DNA from: Botryllus schlosseri
Taxonomy: Eukaryota
Direction: 5' to 3'
DNA length: 64,000 nucleotides
Assembly (NCBI GenBank): GCA_051294905.1
Contig: CM119375.1
Span: forward strand, 19,468,001-19,532,000
Part shown: piece by piece, positions 61,702 through 64,000 of the stretch
Numbering within the stretch: the stretch's first letter is position 1
Layout: every line of letters begins with the position of its first letter
Notes under the pieces: model-generated
What the model was told of the DNA's origin: nothing
What the model saw: only the letters and a program-made list of their open reading frames with translations
Databases searched by the model: none
Position numbers and translations under genes: made by a program

Positions 61702-62407
61702 CTGTTAAACACGTGTCGTCTGTTATGCCAACCACGCCACGATAGTCGAGGAAGAAATTATGAACGTGGTAGTATTCCCGCGCACGAAAGAAGAAACCAG
61801 GAAGTCGTGCATTTTCAATGATGTATAATAACTGATAATTATTATTATTTTAAGTGAACACGCTATACAAAAATACTTTTTTGAGTCGAGAGAAATATCA
61901 CCTTCTCATCTTAGATCAGTAGATTTGGAATACATAGAACATTGTGTCCTTCTATTACAGAAGTAATATGTTCGAACTACTGTTCTGGATATTTGTATAA
62001 CTTACAATTTACAATGTACGAACGAAAGCGAACATTCGCATATTAGTTTATAGTAGGAGATATAAAGACGAGTGAGACCATCAAATTATGATTAATATAT
62101 ATTTGCTACAGGAAACCCTCCGCATTTTCAATATTTTCACCAATTTGCGATACTATATCATACGAAAGATAAAAAAGCGCCTCGGTGAACCTTGGTCTAT
62201 GAAAATCAATGCAAAAAAGTATATCTAGAAAAAAATTAGTAAACCGAGCTCGAAAGACTTAAATATAAAATATGAATAGAGTGTAAATTAAGCCAACAGC
62301 CATGCAGTCAGCGGTACAGCGAACGGGAACCAAGATATATAAGCCAAGGCGTTCGTTAGAATGATAAAAATATGCAACCGTTGCGTATCCGGTGCATTTT
62401 CACCTAC

Positions 62408-62479
62408 CGTATTTGCATGGCATTGTGAGTTAGCTTCGAGGACGGCATTAACATAAAACCATTCACTTTGAGCTTCCAT
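62408..62479 (-). CDS. METTL27-like exon 1 (candidate)
   Basis: Encodes MEAQSEWFYVNAVLEANSQCHANT with phase-0 donor |GTAGGT. Length fits the family N-terminus. Confidence 0.6.
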
Positions 62480-62667
62480 TCCGCGATGCATGCACTGCGA
62501 TGACGAAATCACACAATGCACTAGTCAACTCGTGTCTACCTGTTTGAGTAGGCGCAGTGTGTTATTGCGCAACAGCTAGGTTTAATCATGTTTCACAAAA
62601 ATGTATTCTTCTTTCTATGCAATTACGCCTACACATAGAAGACATCCCTCTACTCAACCAATATAAA

Positions 62668-62949
62668 CTCTCTATCTCTCTATCTCTCTATCTCTCTATA
62701 TCTCTATCTCTCTATCTCTCTATCTCTCTATCTCTCTATCTCTCTATCTCTCTATCTCTCTATCGCTCTATCTCCCTATCGCTCTATCGCTCTATCTCTC
62801 TATCTCGCTATCTCTCTATCTCTCTATCGCTATATCTCTCTCTCTCTACCTCTCTGTCTCTCTGTCTCTCTGTCTCTCTATCTCTCTATCCCTCTATCCC
62901 TCTATCGCTAAATCCCTCTATCTCTCTATCTCTCCATCTCTCCATCTCC
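62668..62949. repeat. (TCTCTATC)n-type simple repeat
   Basis: Direct reading. About 280 bp of degenerate 6-8-mer polypyrimidine repeats. Confidence 0.95.
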
Positions 62950-63432
62950 AAGTATAACTATACATCAAACACATTACTATAGTCCACAAAATGAACTGTG
63001 CAGGTGTGCACCAACAGAGTGTTAAAAGATAAAAACAATTGAAATATAATTTTCACAGGAAACGAAAACATTATAATGAATATTTATAGCAAATCTTACT
63101 CTGCTGTTCCCCTTCAGATGCCAGTTCAGAAACCTTGTAAAGTGTCATCGTAATGTTCGGTCAAACTATATACGCAACACCAACACTAACAATGTGATTA
63201 CGGATCGGGCATAATTTCCTGCAACCAATGATGCCCCTGACGGGCGCGTCATAGCATATCATATGTATCAGTTGCGTGCGTGTAGGTATCCTCTGAGACT
63301 GGTTCAGAGAACCTCTGATGTTCCATGGAACACCGATTAAGAACCACTATGATATGTAGAGTTAGGAACGATATCGCTAAAGTCCGGTAATGAAACTATT
63401 GCATCATTTACAAGTGTATTGTGTCTTCACAG

Positions 63433-63533
63433 GGCTAATGCTATTCGCTCATCTGCTGCTATTACAATCCGGACCATAGTCGATGTGAACAGGATCTTAC
63501 AGGGAGACGATCCCGACACCTACAATGTCTTAC
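63433..63533 (+). CDS. Possible exon of an unidentified gene running off the window
   Basis: Strong acceptor tgtcttcacag|G and donor C|GTATGG. Open frame ANAIRSSAAITIRTIVDVNRILQGDDPDTYNVL. A phase-compatible mini-exon may exist at 63118-63159. No family recognised. Confidence 0.3.
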
Positions 63534-64000
63534 GTATGGTATCGTGTATTTTGCATTAAAATAGAAGAAGTCAACACCGAGCTTTTCCCACATCTATATG
63601 GAAGTGTCGTCATCATGTACCATCACTGTCTTTTACGCGGACGTGGAGTCGCGAATTCTCCACCCAAAACGTCGTTCCCGAACGCCAAGTGTCATAATCG
63701 TCTCTCATATAGATACACGAGTAGGGTTGCATTTAAAACAACTATTTTAAAACACTTTTTGTTAAAACATGTTTTAAACAATGTTTTGAATAAATGCCTT
63801 GTATAATTATACCATAATTGTCTGAATGCTTTCGAAAAATATGCAGTATGAGCCTACACCCAAGTTAGTTGACGTATGCGATGTGGAGTGGCTGGGACCC
63901 TCGAAATCGTCACTGCGTCATTAGTTATAGCAAGTAGATATAGATAATTGGTACGGAATGGGTGTTCTGATGATGATGACCGACGATCGTAAAAATGCTG

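Larger units (their letters stand above)
56827..62479 (-). pseudogene. METTL27: METTL27/WBSCR27-like class I SAM methyltransferase gene, last exon disrupted by a transposon
   Basis: Five phase-compatible exons reconstruct 225 aa: Y.EWASKYD.D, ILDVAAGTG (motif I), IDGIE...AMLEIARAK, EPLP..DGIYDAVTVVGAF, LLKALTKKGLLIINTR, G.LCVYQK. Family-level call; may be a paralogue. Confidence 0.8.

Noticed and set aside
62557-62982. 141-aa ORF with SISLSLYL repeats
   Set aside because: Translation of the (TCTCTATC)n simple repeat.

Overview
Eukaryotic, AT-rich, intron-containing genomic DNA, roughly half made of small transposons. There are no rRNA, CRISPR or operon-like features. The lectin style and peptide-precursor architecture suggest a stolidobranch ascidian (tunicate); this is an inference, not a database result. 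Gene models were built by hand from splice sites with consistent exon phases. (1) + strand, 7 coding exons, 793-14696: a secreted C-type lectin/C-type lectin/Ig protein of about 362 aa. (2) - strand, 3 exons, 24647-26573: a secreted C-type lectin of 199 aa. (3,4) + strand, two tandem 4-exon genes (40453-41917 and 47860-48854), each encoding signal peptide + I(L/F)G-Arg11/12-Gly + an acidic C-terminal piece with 11 Asp/Glu. These look like precursors of natural amidated oligo-arginine peptides and are the top finding. (5) - strand, 56827-62479: a METTL27/WBSCR27-like SAM methyltransferase with a GC-AG intron, whose last exon is split by a hAT element with a perfect 8-bp TSD. Each duplicated peptide-gene unit also carries a divergently oriented, strongly diverged histone-H3-like reading frame (open in copy B, frameshifted in copy A). 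Mobile DNA includes at least 13 hAT-type elements with recognisable 8-bp TSDs, two P/Galileo-like foldback MITEs with 7-bp TSDs, two tRNA-derived SINE families and transposase remnants. All homology calls are by eye and need HMM/BLAST confirmation.
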